Shown here: in pieces, positions 40,599-50,610 of the stretch
Position numbering within the stretch: the first letter of the stretch is position 1
Layout of the letters: the number at the start of each line of letters is the position of its first letter
From: Candidatus Eiseniibacteriota bacterium
GTDB taxonomy: Bacteria; Eisenbacteria; RBG-16-71-46
Reading direction: 5' to 3'
NCBI GenBank assembly: GCA_963717935.1
Contig: CAVQXP010000004.1
Coordinates: 192,001-256,000, forward strand
DNA length: 64,000 bases
Position numbers and translations under genes: made by a program
The notes under the pieces: generated by a model
Told to the model about the DNA's origin: nothing
The model's database searches: none
What the model saw: the letters and a program-made list of their open reading frames with translations, nothing else

Positions 40599-41888
40599 TC
40601 AGTCCACTCCTCTCGGGTCGGAGATCACGCCGGTGATCGCGCTGGCCGCCGCAACCGCGGTCGAGCACAGGTAGACCTCGGCGTTCGGGTTGCCCATCCG
40701 CCCCTTGAAGTTGCGGTTGGTGGTGGCGAGCGCCGTCTCGCCGTCGGCCAGCGCGCCCTGGTGCACGCCCAGGCACGGGCCGCAGCCGGGATTGCACACC
40801 ACCGCGCCGGCCGCGACGATGTCGCGCAGGTAGCCCAGGCGCAGCGCCTCGGAGTAGATGCGCCACGAGGCCGGGAACACCAGCATGCGGGTGCTGTCCG
40901 CCACGCGCTTGCCCTTGAGGATCTTCGCCGCCACCTCGAGGTCGTCGAGCCGGCCGTTGGTGCACGAGCCGACCACGATCTGCTGCACCTTCTTCCCCTT
41001 CACCTCGCCGATCGGCTTGACGTTGTCCACCGTGTGCGGGCAGGCGATCTGCGGCCCCAGCGTCGTCACGTCGATCTCGATCACCTGGTCGTAGACCGCG
41101 TCCGCGTCCGGCCCGAACAGGTCGAGCGCGTCCTTCACGCCGGCCTCGTCGCGCAGGTAGCGCTCGGTCTCGGCGTCGGGCGGCACCACGCCGGCCGTGG
41201 CGCCGGCCTCCACGGTCATGTTGCAGAGCACCAGCCGGCCCGAGGTCGGCATGGTCCTGATCGCCTCGCCGTGGAACTCGATGACCTTGTAGTTCGCGCC
41301 CTCGGCCGTGAGCTTCCCGACCAGGTGGAGGATCAGGTCCTTCGGGTACACCCCTCGGGGAAGCGGCCCGTTCACCACGACCTTGATGGTGCCGGGCACT
41401 TCCACGTTGAGGATGCTGCCCAGCGCCCACACCGCGGCCATCTCGGTGGCGCCGATGCCGAAGGCGAAGGCCCCGAGCGCGCCGTGCGTCGTGGTGTGGC
41501 TGTCGGTGCCCACCAGCACGAAGCCCGGCCGCACGTAGCCGTTCTCGGGCAGGATCTGGTGGCAGATGCCGCCCACGTCGCCGCGGATGTCGTGGAACTT
41601 GGTGATGCCCTGCTTCGCGATGAAGTCGCGGATCTTCTTCTGGTTGGTCGCCGTCTTCGACGACTCCGCCGGCACGCGGTGGTCGAAGATGATGGCGATG
41701 CGCGACGGATCCCAGACCTTCGGCTCCCGGCCGGTGCCCTGGAAGATCTCGTTGAACTGGTTGATGACGAGCGCGCCGTTCTCGTGCGACATCGCCAGGT
41801 GGACCGGCGGCTCGAGGACGTCGCCCACCGCCACCGCGGGCTTGCCGCAGGCGCGGGCCAGCAGTTTCTGCACGTAGGTCATGCCCAT
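40599..41888 (-). CDS. Isopropylmalate/homoaconitate hydratase large subunit (LeuC/HacA-like)
   Basis: IFDHRVP, GICHQ, GTDSHTTTHGA, GSCTNGR, PGCGPCLG, TTNRNFKGRMG; GAAGGAGG-like RBS before ATG 41888. Confidence 0.93.
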   Translation of the reverse strand: MGMTYVQKLLARACGKPAVAVGDVLEPPVHLAMSHENGALVINQFNEIFQGTGREPKVWDPSRIAIIFDHRVPAESSKTATNQKKIRDFIAKQGITKFHDIRGDVGGICHQILPENGYVRPGFVLVGTDSHTTTHGALGAFAFGIGATEMAAVWALGSILNVEVPGTIKVVVNGPLPRGVYPKDLILHLVGKLTAEGANYKVIEFHGEAIRTMPTSGRLVLCNMTVEAGATAGVVPPDAETERYLRDEAGVKDALDLFGPDADAVYDQVIEIDVTTLGPQIACPHTVDNVKPIGEVKGKKVQQIVVGSCTNGRLDDLEVAAKILKGKRVADSTRMLVFPASWRIYSEALRLGYLRDIVAAGAVVCNPGCGPCLGVHQGALADGETALATTNRNFKGRMGNPNAEVYLCSTAVAAASAITGVISDPRGVD

Positions 41889-41917
41889 CGTGATCCCTTC
41901 CTCCTTCAGCGGCCGTG

Positions 41918-43118
41918 TCAGACGATGCCCTTCGACTTGAGCGCTGCCAGCTCCTCCGGCGTCACGCCGACGCCCGCCAGCACCTCCGCGGTGTGCGCGG
42001 ACAGGCGCGGCGGCGGCGCCGTGATGTCGCCCGGGGTCTTCTCGAACTTCGCGGTCAGCCCGAAGAGCGGCAGCGTGCCGAGCCCCTCCGCGGGCACCTG
42101 CTTGAGCGTGCCGCGGTGCCGGATCTGCGGCTGCTGGAGCGCGTCCTCCAGGCTCAGGATCTCCCCGCTCGGGACGTCCTTCGCGTTGAGCAGGTCCACC
42201 CACTCCTTCGTGGGGCGCTCGGCGAGCTTCACCTCGAGCAGCGGCGTCAGCACCTTGCGGTTCTGCTTGCGGATGTCGCGCTTCTGGAAACGCTCGTCGG
42301 TCTTGAGCTCCGGCACGCCGAGCACGTCGCAGACCGACTCCCACTGCTCCTGCTTGTTCGCGGCGATGTTGATGAAGCCGTCCTTCGTCCGGAACATGCC
42401 GGACGGCGCCGCGGTGAAGTTGTCGTTGCCCATGAGCACCGGCTGCTGCTTGCCGATCAGCAGGTTCGCCGCGACCCAGCCCATGAGCGGCATGATGGAA
42501 TCGAGCATCGCGACGTCGATGAACTGCCCCTCGCCCGACCGCTCGCGGTGGTAGAGGGCCGCCATGACGGCGAAGGCCGCGTTGAGCCCGCCCACCGTGT
42601 CGCACACCGGGAAGCCGGCGCGCAGCGGGTTCAGGCGCTCGTCGCCGTTGACGGCCATCTCGCCGCTCAGGCCCTGGATGATCTGGTCGTAGGCCGGCTT
42701 GAACGCGTCCGGCCCGGTCTGCCCGAAGCCCGAGATGGCGCAGTAGACCAGCCGCGGGTTGATCTGCCTTGAGGACGTCGTAGCCGAGCCCGAGCCGACC
42801 CATGACGTCCGGGCGGAAGTTCTCGACCAGCACGTCCGCGTCCTTCACCAGCCGCTTGAAGATCTCCTTGCCCTCGGGAGACTTGGTGTTGAGCGTCACC
42901 GACTTCTTGTTGGCGTTCTGGGCGAGGAAGCTGGTGCCCATCAACTGCTCGTTCAGCGCGGGCACGATGCCGAGCTTGCGGGCCAGGTCGCCGTCCTTCG
43001 GGTTCTCGATCTTGATGACCTCGGCGCCGAGCAGCGCCAGGTGCAGCGTGCAGAACGGCCCCGCCAGCACGTTCGTCAGGTCGAGGACCCGCACTCCGGA
43101 AAGGATGGACCTGCTCAT
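41918..43118 (-). CDS. Class III (CaiB/BaiF) CoA transferase (frameshift near 42765)
   Basis: LSGVRVLDLTNVLAGPFCT..LGAEVIKIE, NANKKSVTLN, DVLVENFRP, ISGFGQTGP..AYD. Confidence 0.92.
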
Positions 43119-44029
43119 GAAGGCTCCTTCGTCGCGATGGGCCCCGTCCGGTGGACGTAGCCCTGCATGTCACGTCCGAAATGCGCCGCCACGTCGCGCG
43201 CGACCGCGATCAGACGCTCGAGGTCCACGTCAGGGCGGAGGCCCTGCCGGTGCAGGACGTGGACGAGATCCTCGGTGGCCACGTTGCCGGCCGCCACCTT
43301 CGTGAAGGGGCAGCCGCCCGAGACCCGCGAAGGAGGTCTCGAACGACGTCACGCCCGCGCGCCGGGCCGCGAAGATGTTGGCCATGCCGAGACCGTAGGT
43401 GTTGTGGAAATGGCAGGTGCACTCGACCGCCGGGATCGAGGCCGAGCACCGACGCCGAACAGCCGCTCGACCTGCGCCGGGTCGGCGTGCCCGGCCGTGT
43501 CGGCCAGGCTGATGCTCCCGAGCCCCGCCTCGAGGTAGGCGCGCACCATGCCGAGCACGCGCTCCTCGGGAACCGGCCCTTCGAAGCCGCAGCCGAAGGC
43601 CGACTGCACCGAGACCTGCACCTTCTTCCCCGCCGCCACGGCCTGCTTCGCCGCGCCGATGATGCGCTGCGTGGCCTCTTCGGTCCCCATGCCGGTGTTC
43701 TTCCGGCTGTGGGTCTCGCTCGCCGAGGCGCCCAGGCAGAACATCTCGACCCCGCACTTCAGTCCGCGCTCGAGCCCCTTCTCGTTCAGCACCAGGCCCG
43801 AGAGCACCGTGGCGGAGGTCTTGCCCGCCGTCAGCCGCCGGAACAGCTCGTCGGTGTCGGCCATCTGCGGGACCTTCTCCGGGTGGACGAACGAGCCCAC
43901 CTGGACGATGTCCACGCCGGCGTCCATGACCCGGCGGATCCAGCCCTCCTTCGTCTCGAGCGGGACGACCTGCTTCTCCATCTGCAGCCCGTCCCGCGGG
44001 CCGACTTCGTGGATGACGATGCGCGTCAT
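43115..44029 (-). CDS. HMG-CoA lyase-like DRE-TIM metallolyase (frameshifts near 43445 and 43320)
   Basis: EVGPRDGLQ, GSFVHPEKVPQMADT, SAFGCGFEG, SLADTAG, HFHNTYG, GCPF, GNVATED. Confidence 0.9.
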
Positions 44030-44045
44030 GATCTCCCCGGCCGCG

Positions 44046-45167
44046 CTAGAGCTTCGCGGCGATGGCCTCGGCCATCTCCAGCGTCTTCGCCGCACCGCCC
44101 ATGTCGTAGGTGCGCACCTTGCCCTCGCGCACGACCTCGGCGACCGCCTTCTCGACGCGCGCTCCCGCGTCGGTCTGGCCCAGCCAGTCGAGCATCATCT
44201 TGGCCGCGAGGATCGTGGCGATCGGGTTCACCTTGTACTGCCCCGCGTACTTGGGCGCCGAGCCGTGCGTGGGCTCGAACACCGCGAGCTTCTCGCCGAT
44301 GTTGCCCGAGCAGCCGAACCCCAGCCCGCCCACCATCTGCGCGCACAGGTCCGAGATGATGTCGCCGTAGAGGTTCGGCGCCACCAGCACGTCGTAGTTG
44401 AACGGGTTCTTGAGCAGCCACATCGTCATGGCGTCGATGTTGGCGTCGTCCATGGCGATCCCCGGGTAGTCCTTCGCCACCTGCTTCGCCATCTCGAGGA
44501 ACAGCCCGTCGGTGGCGCGCACCACGTTCGCCTTGTGCACCACCGTGACCTTCTTGCGCCCGAACTTCTTCGCGAACTCGAACGCCGCGCGGACGATGCG
44601 CTCCGAGCCCTTCTTCGTGTTGATCTTGCAGGAGATCGCGTACTGGTCGCCCGGCAGGTCCTTGAACGCCTTGAAGGGCGGCGACAGCTCGGTGAGCGTG
44701 TCGCGCAGCTTGTCCGGCACCGTGTTGAACTCGACGCCCGAGTAGAGGTCCTCGGTGTTCTCGCGGAACACGACGAGGTCGATCCCCTCCTTGAAATTGA
44801 GCGGGTTCTGCGCGTAGGCCTTGCACGGCCGCAGGCAGACGTAAAGATCGAAGAGCTGCCGCATGCGCACGATGGGCGAGCGGTAGACCAGGCCCTTGCC
44901 CTGCAGCGCCGGCACCAGCTCCTTCTCCGCCGCCTTCACGGGCTTCGAGGTGATGGCGCCGAACATCGCGGCGTCGACGCTCTTCAGCAGGTCGACCGTG
45001 CGCGCCGGGAAGGCGTCGCCCTCCCTGCACCAGAACTCCCAGCCGATGTCGCCGTGGATGTATTCGGCGTCGAGGCCGACCCTGTCGAGCACGAGCTTCG
45101 CCGCTTCCATCACTTCGATGCCGACGCCGTCACCGGGCAACCATGCGATCTTGAACTTCTTCGCCAC
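44046..45167 (-). CDS. Beta-decarboxylating dehydrogenase (isocitrate/isopropylmalate/homoisocitrate family)
   Basis: PGDGVGIEV, RENTEDLY, VHKANV, NLYGDIISD, FEPTHGSAP, RTYDMGG; GTG start with GGAGG RBS. Confidence 0.93.
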   Translation of the reverse strand: MAKKFKIAWLPGDGVGIEVMEAAKLVLDRVGLDAEYIHGDIGWEFWCREGDAFPARTVDLLKSVDAAMFGAITSKPVKAAEKELVPALQGKGLVYRSPIVRMRQLFDLYVCLRPCKAYAQNPLNFKEGIDLVVFRENTEDLYSGVEFNTVPDKLRDTLTELSPPFKAFKDLPGDQYAISCKINTKKGSERIVRAAFEFAKKFGRKKVTVVHKANVVRATDGLFLEMAKQVAKDYPGIAMDDANIDAMTMWLLKNPFNYDVLVAPNLYGDIISDLCAQMVGGLGFGCSGNIGEKLAVFEPTHGSAPKYAGQYKVNPIATILAAKMMLDWLGQTDAGARVEKAVAEVVREGKVRTYDMGGAAKTLEMAEAIAAKL

Positions 45168-45485
45168 GGAGCAACCTCCTCGTTGGGCTCTGCGCTGCGG
45201 GTCCGGACACATCCACGGGTGCTGCCAGGCGAGCGGAGCCGTCGCGACCCGCTCGAACTTGAGTGCGGGGGACTCTAAGGCCTCGGACGACCGATGGACA
45301 ATGCGAGGAGGGGGCCGCGGGCGCCGAAATTCATTCGGCCGGAGCGAACGCGCCGGCACGGCGCTCGAGGCGGGAGCCGCAAGGGAGGCAAGGGGCTACA
45401 GGAGCGGAAGGCCGCGTGGAGATGCCACGGGGGCCGCCCGGTCAGGCGGACAGGACGGCCCCTGCTGTCGGTCACGGGGAGTGCG

Positions 45486-45740
45486 TCACTCCTCGACCCG
45501 TTCGACGACGACCGTCAGCTTGCTGACCACGGCGGCGATCGCGCCCACCGCGATCAACGCCGGCGCGAGAACCGCACCCACCACACCGACACTGAGCGGA
45601 ATCTCGATGAGCACCCTGCCCTCGGCATTCTTGAGGGTGATCCGTCGGATGTTGCCCTCGTGAACCAGGGCCTTGACCTTGGCCAGAAGCTCCTCGCCGC
45701 TGACGTGGAACTCCTCCGTGCGAGCCGTCTTGTCCGCCAT
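45486..45740 (-). CDS. DUF4342 domain protein
   Basis: KVKALVHEGNIRRITLK..LIEIPLSVGVVG. Confidence 0.8.
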   Translation of the reverse strand: MADKTARTEEFHVSGEELLAKVKALVHEGNIRRITLKNAEGRVLIEIPLSVGVVGAVLAPALIAVGAIAAVVSKLTVVVERVEE

Positions 45741-45821
45741 TCTTGAGATCCTCCGCCTGTGTTCGCCGCGACGCGCGAGGCCGGCCGCCGACCGTGGATG
45801 CCCCCTGCTTGTCCCCTTCCC

Positions 45822-46190
45822 TTACGCCTTCACGTTGAAGAACAGCTCTCGCGACCGGTGCCGTCCATCGATGCTTGCCCGGCCCGTGGCGACCAGGACA
45901 TAGAGCATGTTCAGCGCGGCCAGGTGCGAGGGCACCTGGCGCCGGCTCTTGGAACGTGTGAAGACGACCTTTGCCGTGAGTCCCTGCTGACCTCGAAGCC
46001 GGCGGTAGAGCTTGTCCACGGCGGCCCTGCCGACGAGGTTGAAGTTGCCCGCGCTCCGCTTGCTGATGGAGACCGACATGACGAAGTACTGCCGCGCGCT
46101 GGACAGGACATAGTAATGCTGGCGCTTGCCTTCCACTTCTCCGTGGAATTCCAACCCCGTGGTCAGGCTCTTGACGCTTAGCCTCATCAC
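45822..46190 (-). CDS. Hypothetical basic protein
   Basis: GGAGG RBS, protein-like composition; no recognised motif. Confidence 0.55.
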   Translation of the reverse strand: MMRLSVKSLTTGLEFHGEVEGKRQHYYVLSSARQYFVMSVSISKRSAGNFNLVGRAAVDKLYRRLRGQQGLTAKVVFTRSKSRRQVPSHLAALNMLYVLVATGRASIDGRHRSRELFFNVKA

Positions 46191-46378
46191 TCGCCCTCCG
46201 CTCGATCACCGACTCCAGTCCACAGGACGCGAAGGCGATCCGGGGGGCGGAGCCGGTTGCCCGTCCTCATCCCCGGCCCCACCCGTGGAAGCCCGCCGCA
46301 CTCGGAGAATCCTACTTCGTCCGACGCGGGGCTTGCACGCAAAGACCGCGGCACGGCCCCTGTCAGCCTCCTGCGGCG

Positions 46379-46720
46379 CTAGCGGTAGCCCCGCTCCCCC
46401 GGCCGGCCGAGCTTCTCGAGCCACAACTGCTCGAGCATCCGCAGGTCCGCGGCCGGGTCGTGGCCCGGCTCCTCCGGCGGCTTGAGCGTGTCCAGCGTCT
46501 CGAACTCGAAGGCCTCCGGGCCGGACTCGTTCCAGTCCTGCTGGAGCGCCCGGTCCGGATGCCCGCCGGCCCCGAGCTGGAAGCGCTGCCGGTTGAGCAT
46601 CCCCGGCACGTCCACGCTCGAACCGATCAGCGACTTCCCGTTCACCGTGTTCCGCACCCGGAACACGCCCATCTGCCGCGGGGATTCCTTGTAGGCGCGG
46701 ATCTGCGCTTTGCGGTCCAT
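46379..46720 (-). CDS. GIY-YIG nuclease-like small protein
   Basis: GVFRVRNTVNGKSLIGSS..NRQRFQL..LQQDWNESGPEAFEFETL. Confidence 0.8.
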   Translation of the reverse strand: MDRKAQIRAYKESPRQMGVFRVRNTVNGKSLIGSSVDVPGMLNRQRFQLGAGGHPDRALQQDWNESGPEAFEFETLDTLKPPEEPGHDPAADLRMLEQLWLEKLGRPGERGYR

Positions 46721-46961
46721 GGCGGGCGCTCCTATGGGACTCCGACGCTCGAGCGAGGGGTCAGGCCCCGCCGAACGTCTGAAGTGAACGGACAACTGGC
46801 GGCAAGCCGGCTGCGGCCGCTCGGTGAGAGGCTCAGCCTAGGGCTACACCCAGGAGGCCCTCGTGGACCGCGCGGTCGGCGGTCGAGTAGCGGCAGAAGA
46901 CTACCACCTCAACGACGGGGAACTCCCACACCGACGAGCGGCCCTGAGAATGGGGCGGCGG

Positions 46962-47666
46962 TCAGTCCTTCACGCAGCGGACGCAGAAGCCGCTGGCCTT
47001 GTGGCCCGCGTTCCTGCTGACTCCAGCGTTGCCGTGGTCGAGGCCGACGTGCCAGGCGTAGGCAGTGTCCTCTTCCGTCGCGGACCACCACGTGCCGTGG
47101 CTGCCCCGGTCACCGAACCACCCCGCCCGGGCACGGCCACCACCGGGAAGGCCACCGAAGCCGCTGCGATTCGTCGCGCCCCGGTTGGGACGACTCCAGT
47201 GGCTCGCGAGCGTGTCCTTCAGCTTGCCGCCGGCCACCCGCGGGCCGCCCATGCGCTTCACCAACGCCGCCCATTCCGCATCGGAAGGGACGTGCCAGCC
47301 TGCCGGGCACAGGCCGCGCGCGTCGGTGACCGCGTGGAAGTTGTACAGGGCGCCATACATGGCCCGGTATCCCGCACGGTCGTTCTCGTACCAGCAGTAC
47401 GCACCGGTCGTCGCATCGCGCCACTTCGCGTCGTCGGTCGTCAGCGACAACGGGCTGCCATCGCGGTAGCGGGTGACTCTCAGGTCCTGGGCCATCCAGA
47501 CCTGGGCCCCGATCCTGACCGCGCGATAGAGATTTCCGTCGCGGTCCCTCACGGGCTCCTGCGCCGGTGCGGCGCAGGCTGGCAGGCGAGCGTCCACGCC
47601 GGGCAGGCAGCAGAGCGCAAGGCAAACGATGCTCGCTCCCGCGATGCGAGAACGCTTCCAGGTCAT
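46962..47666 (-). CDS. FISUMP (Fibrobacter succinogenes major paralogous) domain protein
   Basis: DRDGNLYRAVRIGAQVWMAQDL, YGALYN, LCPAGWHVPSDAEW, GFCVRCVKD. Confidence 0.88.
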   Translation of the reverse strand: MTWKRSRIAGASIVCLALCCLPGVDARLPACAAPAQEPVRDRDGNLYRAVRIGAQVWMAQDLRVTRYRDGSPLSLTTDDAKWRDATTGAYCWYENDRAGYRAMYGALYNFHAVTDARGLCPAGWHVPSDAEWAALVKRMGGPRVAGGKLKDTLASHWSRPNRGATNRSGFGGLPGGGRARAGWFGDRGSHGTWWSATEEDTAYAWHVGLDHGNAGVSRNAGHKASGFCVRCVKD

Positions 47667-47715
47667 GGCACCTCGTCCTCTCCGCCGCAGCGCGGTCGTC
47701 CGCCACCAGCGCGGG

Positions 47716-48366
47716 TCAGGTCGCGTAGCGTAGCACGGCGATGAAGTGACACGCCGTGCCCGCGAGCACGAACAGGTGCCAGACGAAGTGGGCGTACCGC
47801 ATCCGGCGGGCCGCATAGAAGCCCACCCCCGCCGTGTACGCGACCCCGCCGGCCGCGAGCCAGAAGAGACCCCACGCCGGCATCGCGTGCCACAACGGCC
47901 GCGCCGCGGCCAGGATCAGCCACGCCATGCCCAGGTACAACCCGGTCGACAGCCGCGGATGCCGCAGGCCACCGACCGACTTGACGACGATCCCGGCCAC
48001 GGCGAGGGCCCAGATGACCCCGAAGAGCGTCCACCCCCACGGGCCACGGAGCACGCCCAGCGTGAACGGCGTGTAGGTGCCCGCGATGAGCAGGTAGATC
48101 GCGCCGTGGTCGAGGATGTGCAACACGCGCTTGGCGCGGTTCGGGGCCAGCGCGTGGTAGAGCGTCGAGGCCAGGTAGAGGAGCGCCATGGTCGCGCCGA
48201 AGACCGCCGCGCCCACGGTGGCGGCCGCGCCGTGCCGGATCGCGCCGAGCACGAGCACCGGCAGGGCGATCAGCGCCGCGAGGAATCCCGTGCCGTGGCT
48301 GATGCTGTTCGCGATCTCCTCCCCGGGGGACTGCGCCCGAGGCCGGACGGCCGGCGCTTCGACCAT
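47716..48366 (-). CDS. Hemolysin III / PAQR (YqfA/TrhA) family membrane protein
   Basis: EEIANSISHG, STLYH, DHGAIYLLIAGTYTPF, HFVWHLFV. Confidence 0.92.
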   Translation of the reverse strand: MVEAPAVRPRAQSPGEEIANSISHGTGFLAALIALPVLVLGAIRHGAAATVGAAVFGATMALLYLASTLYHALAPNRAKRVLHILDHGAIYLLIAGTYTPFTLGVLRGPWGWTLFGVIWALAVAGIVVKSVGGLRHPRLSTGLYLGMAWLILAAARPLWHAMPAWGLFWLAAGGVAYTAGVGFYAARRMRYAHFVWHLFVLAGTACHFIAVLRYAT

Positions 48367-48492
48367 GGAGTCTCCTTCGTGCGCGGCCAGCGGACTTGCG
48401 CTCGGCTGCGGGACCCCGCCGTGCCTGCCTGACCGCGATGAAGCCATCTCCCGGGCGCCCGCTCCACCTCGGCGCTCCGGGAGACCGGTCGC

Positions 48493-49755
48493 TCAGTGCC
48501 CGAAGCCGAAGCCCACTTCCACGTCCCACTGGTCCATGCGCAGCGCGATCTCCTGCTGGCCGGGCGCTTCGAGGACGTTCGCGCCCTTGACCTCGTTCGA
48601 GAATGCGCGCGTCAGGGCGAAGTGGATGTCGCGGCCGCCTGCGAGCGTCTTGCTGAAGCCGACGGTGGCGTGCTGCTGGATTACGCCGGGCGCCAGGATG
48701 TTGAACAGCATCTCCTTCTCCGGGATCGGCTGCTGGCCGTACGAGTAACCGGCGCGCCAGGTCCAGCCATTCGCGGCGTGCAGCTGGACGCCGCCCTTCA
48801 CGATGGTCATGTCCTGCCAGCCGAAGCCCGCGCCGCCGTCGTTGCCGAGCGTTGCCGGCGCGAGGTTCGGCAGGATCGGATTCGCCACCGACTTGACCTC
48901 GGAGTAGCGGACCTGCTGCACGTCCACGACGAAGTCCACCTTCGGGTTCGGGGTCACGACCACGCCGGCCACCCAGTTCGACGGGATGTCGAAGTCACCC
49001 TGCTCGGCGTACAGGCCCTGGTAGCTGTCGAACGGGCTCATCCACGTGCGGCTCTGGTAGGACGCGCCGAAGGCCAGCTGTGGCGTCCAGCGCCCGAGGT
49101 ACCCGACGCGCACGCCGCCGCCCAGGGAACTGGCGTAGCCGTTGTCCGTGAGGTCGTTCGCCGCGCTCGAGAACGACGCGAAGGCCGCGAGGCCGGTCGC
49201 CTTGAAGCGCTGGACCGCCAGGACCGGCGTGAGGCCGAGCGCGTTCTTCTCGTCCAGCTTCCGCGCGTAGGTCACGGCGACGAAGAGCTGCATGAGGTCC
49301 ACGCCGGTGGGCTCGAAGCCGAAGGTGGGCTCCGCGTAGTTCGTGTTCATGCCACCGTTGCCGTAGAGGCTCACGCCCACGCTCTGGTCCCCGTCCAGCG
49401 GATGGTTGTAGCCCAGCGACGGCACGGGGAAGTAGCGGCTGTCGCTCTCCACCTTGCCGGGGGCGAGGCCGAAGGTGCCGGGATAGCCCGAAGGGGCGCC
49501 GGTCACCGTGTAGTCGCGGTTGGGGTTGAACAGCGCGAGCGCCACGTCGAAGCGCTCGCCGACGAACGCCATGGCCGCGGGGTTGGTCGCCGCCGCGAGC
49601 GAGCCCAGGGGCAGCGCCACGCCGGCGCCCGCGAGGGCCTTGTAGTCGGTGCCGTAGCCGTGTTCGAAATAGCCGTTGGTCGCCCGCACGACCGACGGAG
49701 TGAGGATCACCGCCAGCGCCAGGAACAGGGGAAGCGTCCGCGTCAACCGTCTCAT
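48493..49755 (-). CDS. FadL/OmpP1/TodX family outer-membrane transport protein
   Basis: Signal peptide then TNGYFEHGYG..ALAGAG..AATNPAAM; YGNGGMNT; beta-strand C-terminus. Confidence 0.85.
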   Translation of the reverse strand: MRRLTRTLPLFLALAVILTPSVVRATNGYFEHGYGTDYKALAGAGVALPLGSLAAATNPAAMAFVGERFDVALALFNPNRDYTVTGAPSGYPGTFGLAPGKVESDSRYFPVPSLGYNHPLDGDQSVGVSLYGNGGMNTNYAEPTFGFEPTGVDLMQLFVAVTYARKLDEKNALGLTPVLAVQRFKATGLAAFASFSSAANDLTDNGYASSLGGGVRVGYLGRWTPQLAFGASYQSRTWMSPFDSYQGLYAEQGDFDIPSNWVAGVVVTPNPKVDFVVDVQQVRYSEVKSVANPILPNLAPATLGNDGGAGFGWQDMTIVKGGVQLHAANGWTWRAGYSYGQQPIPEKEMLFNILAPGVIQQHATVGFSKTLAGGRDIHFALTRAFSNEVKGANVLEAPGQQEIALRMDQWDVEVGFGFGH

Positions 49756-49855
49756 CTGGGTTCCTTTCGTTCGATGATTCCCGGCGCAGACTGCGGCGCT
49801 GCGCCCGGCGCATGCCTCCGCTGCATGCCTGAGCGCTGCATCACCCGCGCGCCAA

Positions 49856-50521
49856 TCAATGCGGGAGGATCGCCACCACTCCATCCTCCAGATCATAACG
49901 TGCACCGACGACGGTCAAGTCGCCCTTCCTGACCGATTCCTTCAAGATCGGGGCGGAGGACTTCACCTGCTGAACGACCCTGGCGACATTGGCCCTGACG
50001 GCATTGTCCAGCAACTCGCCGGGCTCGTTCCTGGCCTTGTCGACGGCTGGTTGGATGGCCTTGATCAAGCTGCCGATGTGCCCGGGGGCCTTGCCGCCCT
50101 TCACCGCTGCCTCCACGGCGCCACATCGTTCGTGACCGAGGACCATGATGTACCTGACGCCCAGATGTTCCACGGCATATTCGATGCTGCCCAGAGCCGC
50201 ATCGTCCAGGATGTTCCCCGCCAGACGGATGACGAACAGATCGCCCAATCCCTGGTCGAAGAGGACCTCCGGAGGCACCCTGGAGTCGGCGCAACTCACG
50301 ATGACGGCAAAGGGATGTTGCCCCTTGGCGACTTCGGCGCGACGCTCGGCCGTCTGGTTCGGGTGCAAGGGTCCCGCATCGACGTACCGCTTGTTCCCAT
50401 CCATCAATGTCTGCTGCGCGACGTCGCCTGCGGCAGCCGAGCCCTCCGTGGCGACCAGCGCACGGCCACTGAACGAGACCAGCACGATCAGGCCGATCCC
50501 CACCGCGATCCCTCTCTTCAT
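49856..50521 (-). CDS. Beta-class carbonic anhydrase with signal peptide
   Basis: QHPFAVIVSCADSRVPPE, FVIRLAGN, GHERCGAV. Confidence 0.93.
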   Translation of the reverse strand: MKRGIAVGIGLIVLVSFSGRALVATEGSAAAGDVAQQTLMDGNKRYVDAGPLHPNQTAERRAEVAKGQHPFAVIVSCADSRVPPEVLFDQGLGDLFVIRLAGNILDDAALGSIEYAVEHLGVRYIMVLGHERCGAVEAAVKGGKAPGHIGSLIKAIQPAVDKARNEPGELLDNAVRANVARVVQQVKSSAPILKESVRKGDLTVVGARYDLEDGVVAILPH

Positions 50522-50610
50522 GATCTTCCTCCTTTATCTGTCTGCGGGCCCCGGCATGCCGGACGACTACGCCCGCTCCAGGTCCACGCAAGCACTCTTC
50601 GATCACTTCT

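Noticed and set aside
40599..43118. Apparent 839-aa CoA-transferase/LeuC fusion in the ORF track
   Set aside because: Artefact of the indel near 42765. The transferase ends at 41918 in another frame and the hydratase has its own RBS and ATG at 41888.
46379..46720. GIY-YIG protein as a homing endonuclease or mobile element
   Set aside because: Short stand-alone domain with no intron/intein context or DNA-binding extension.
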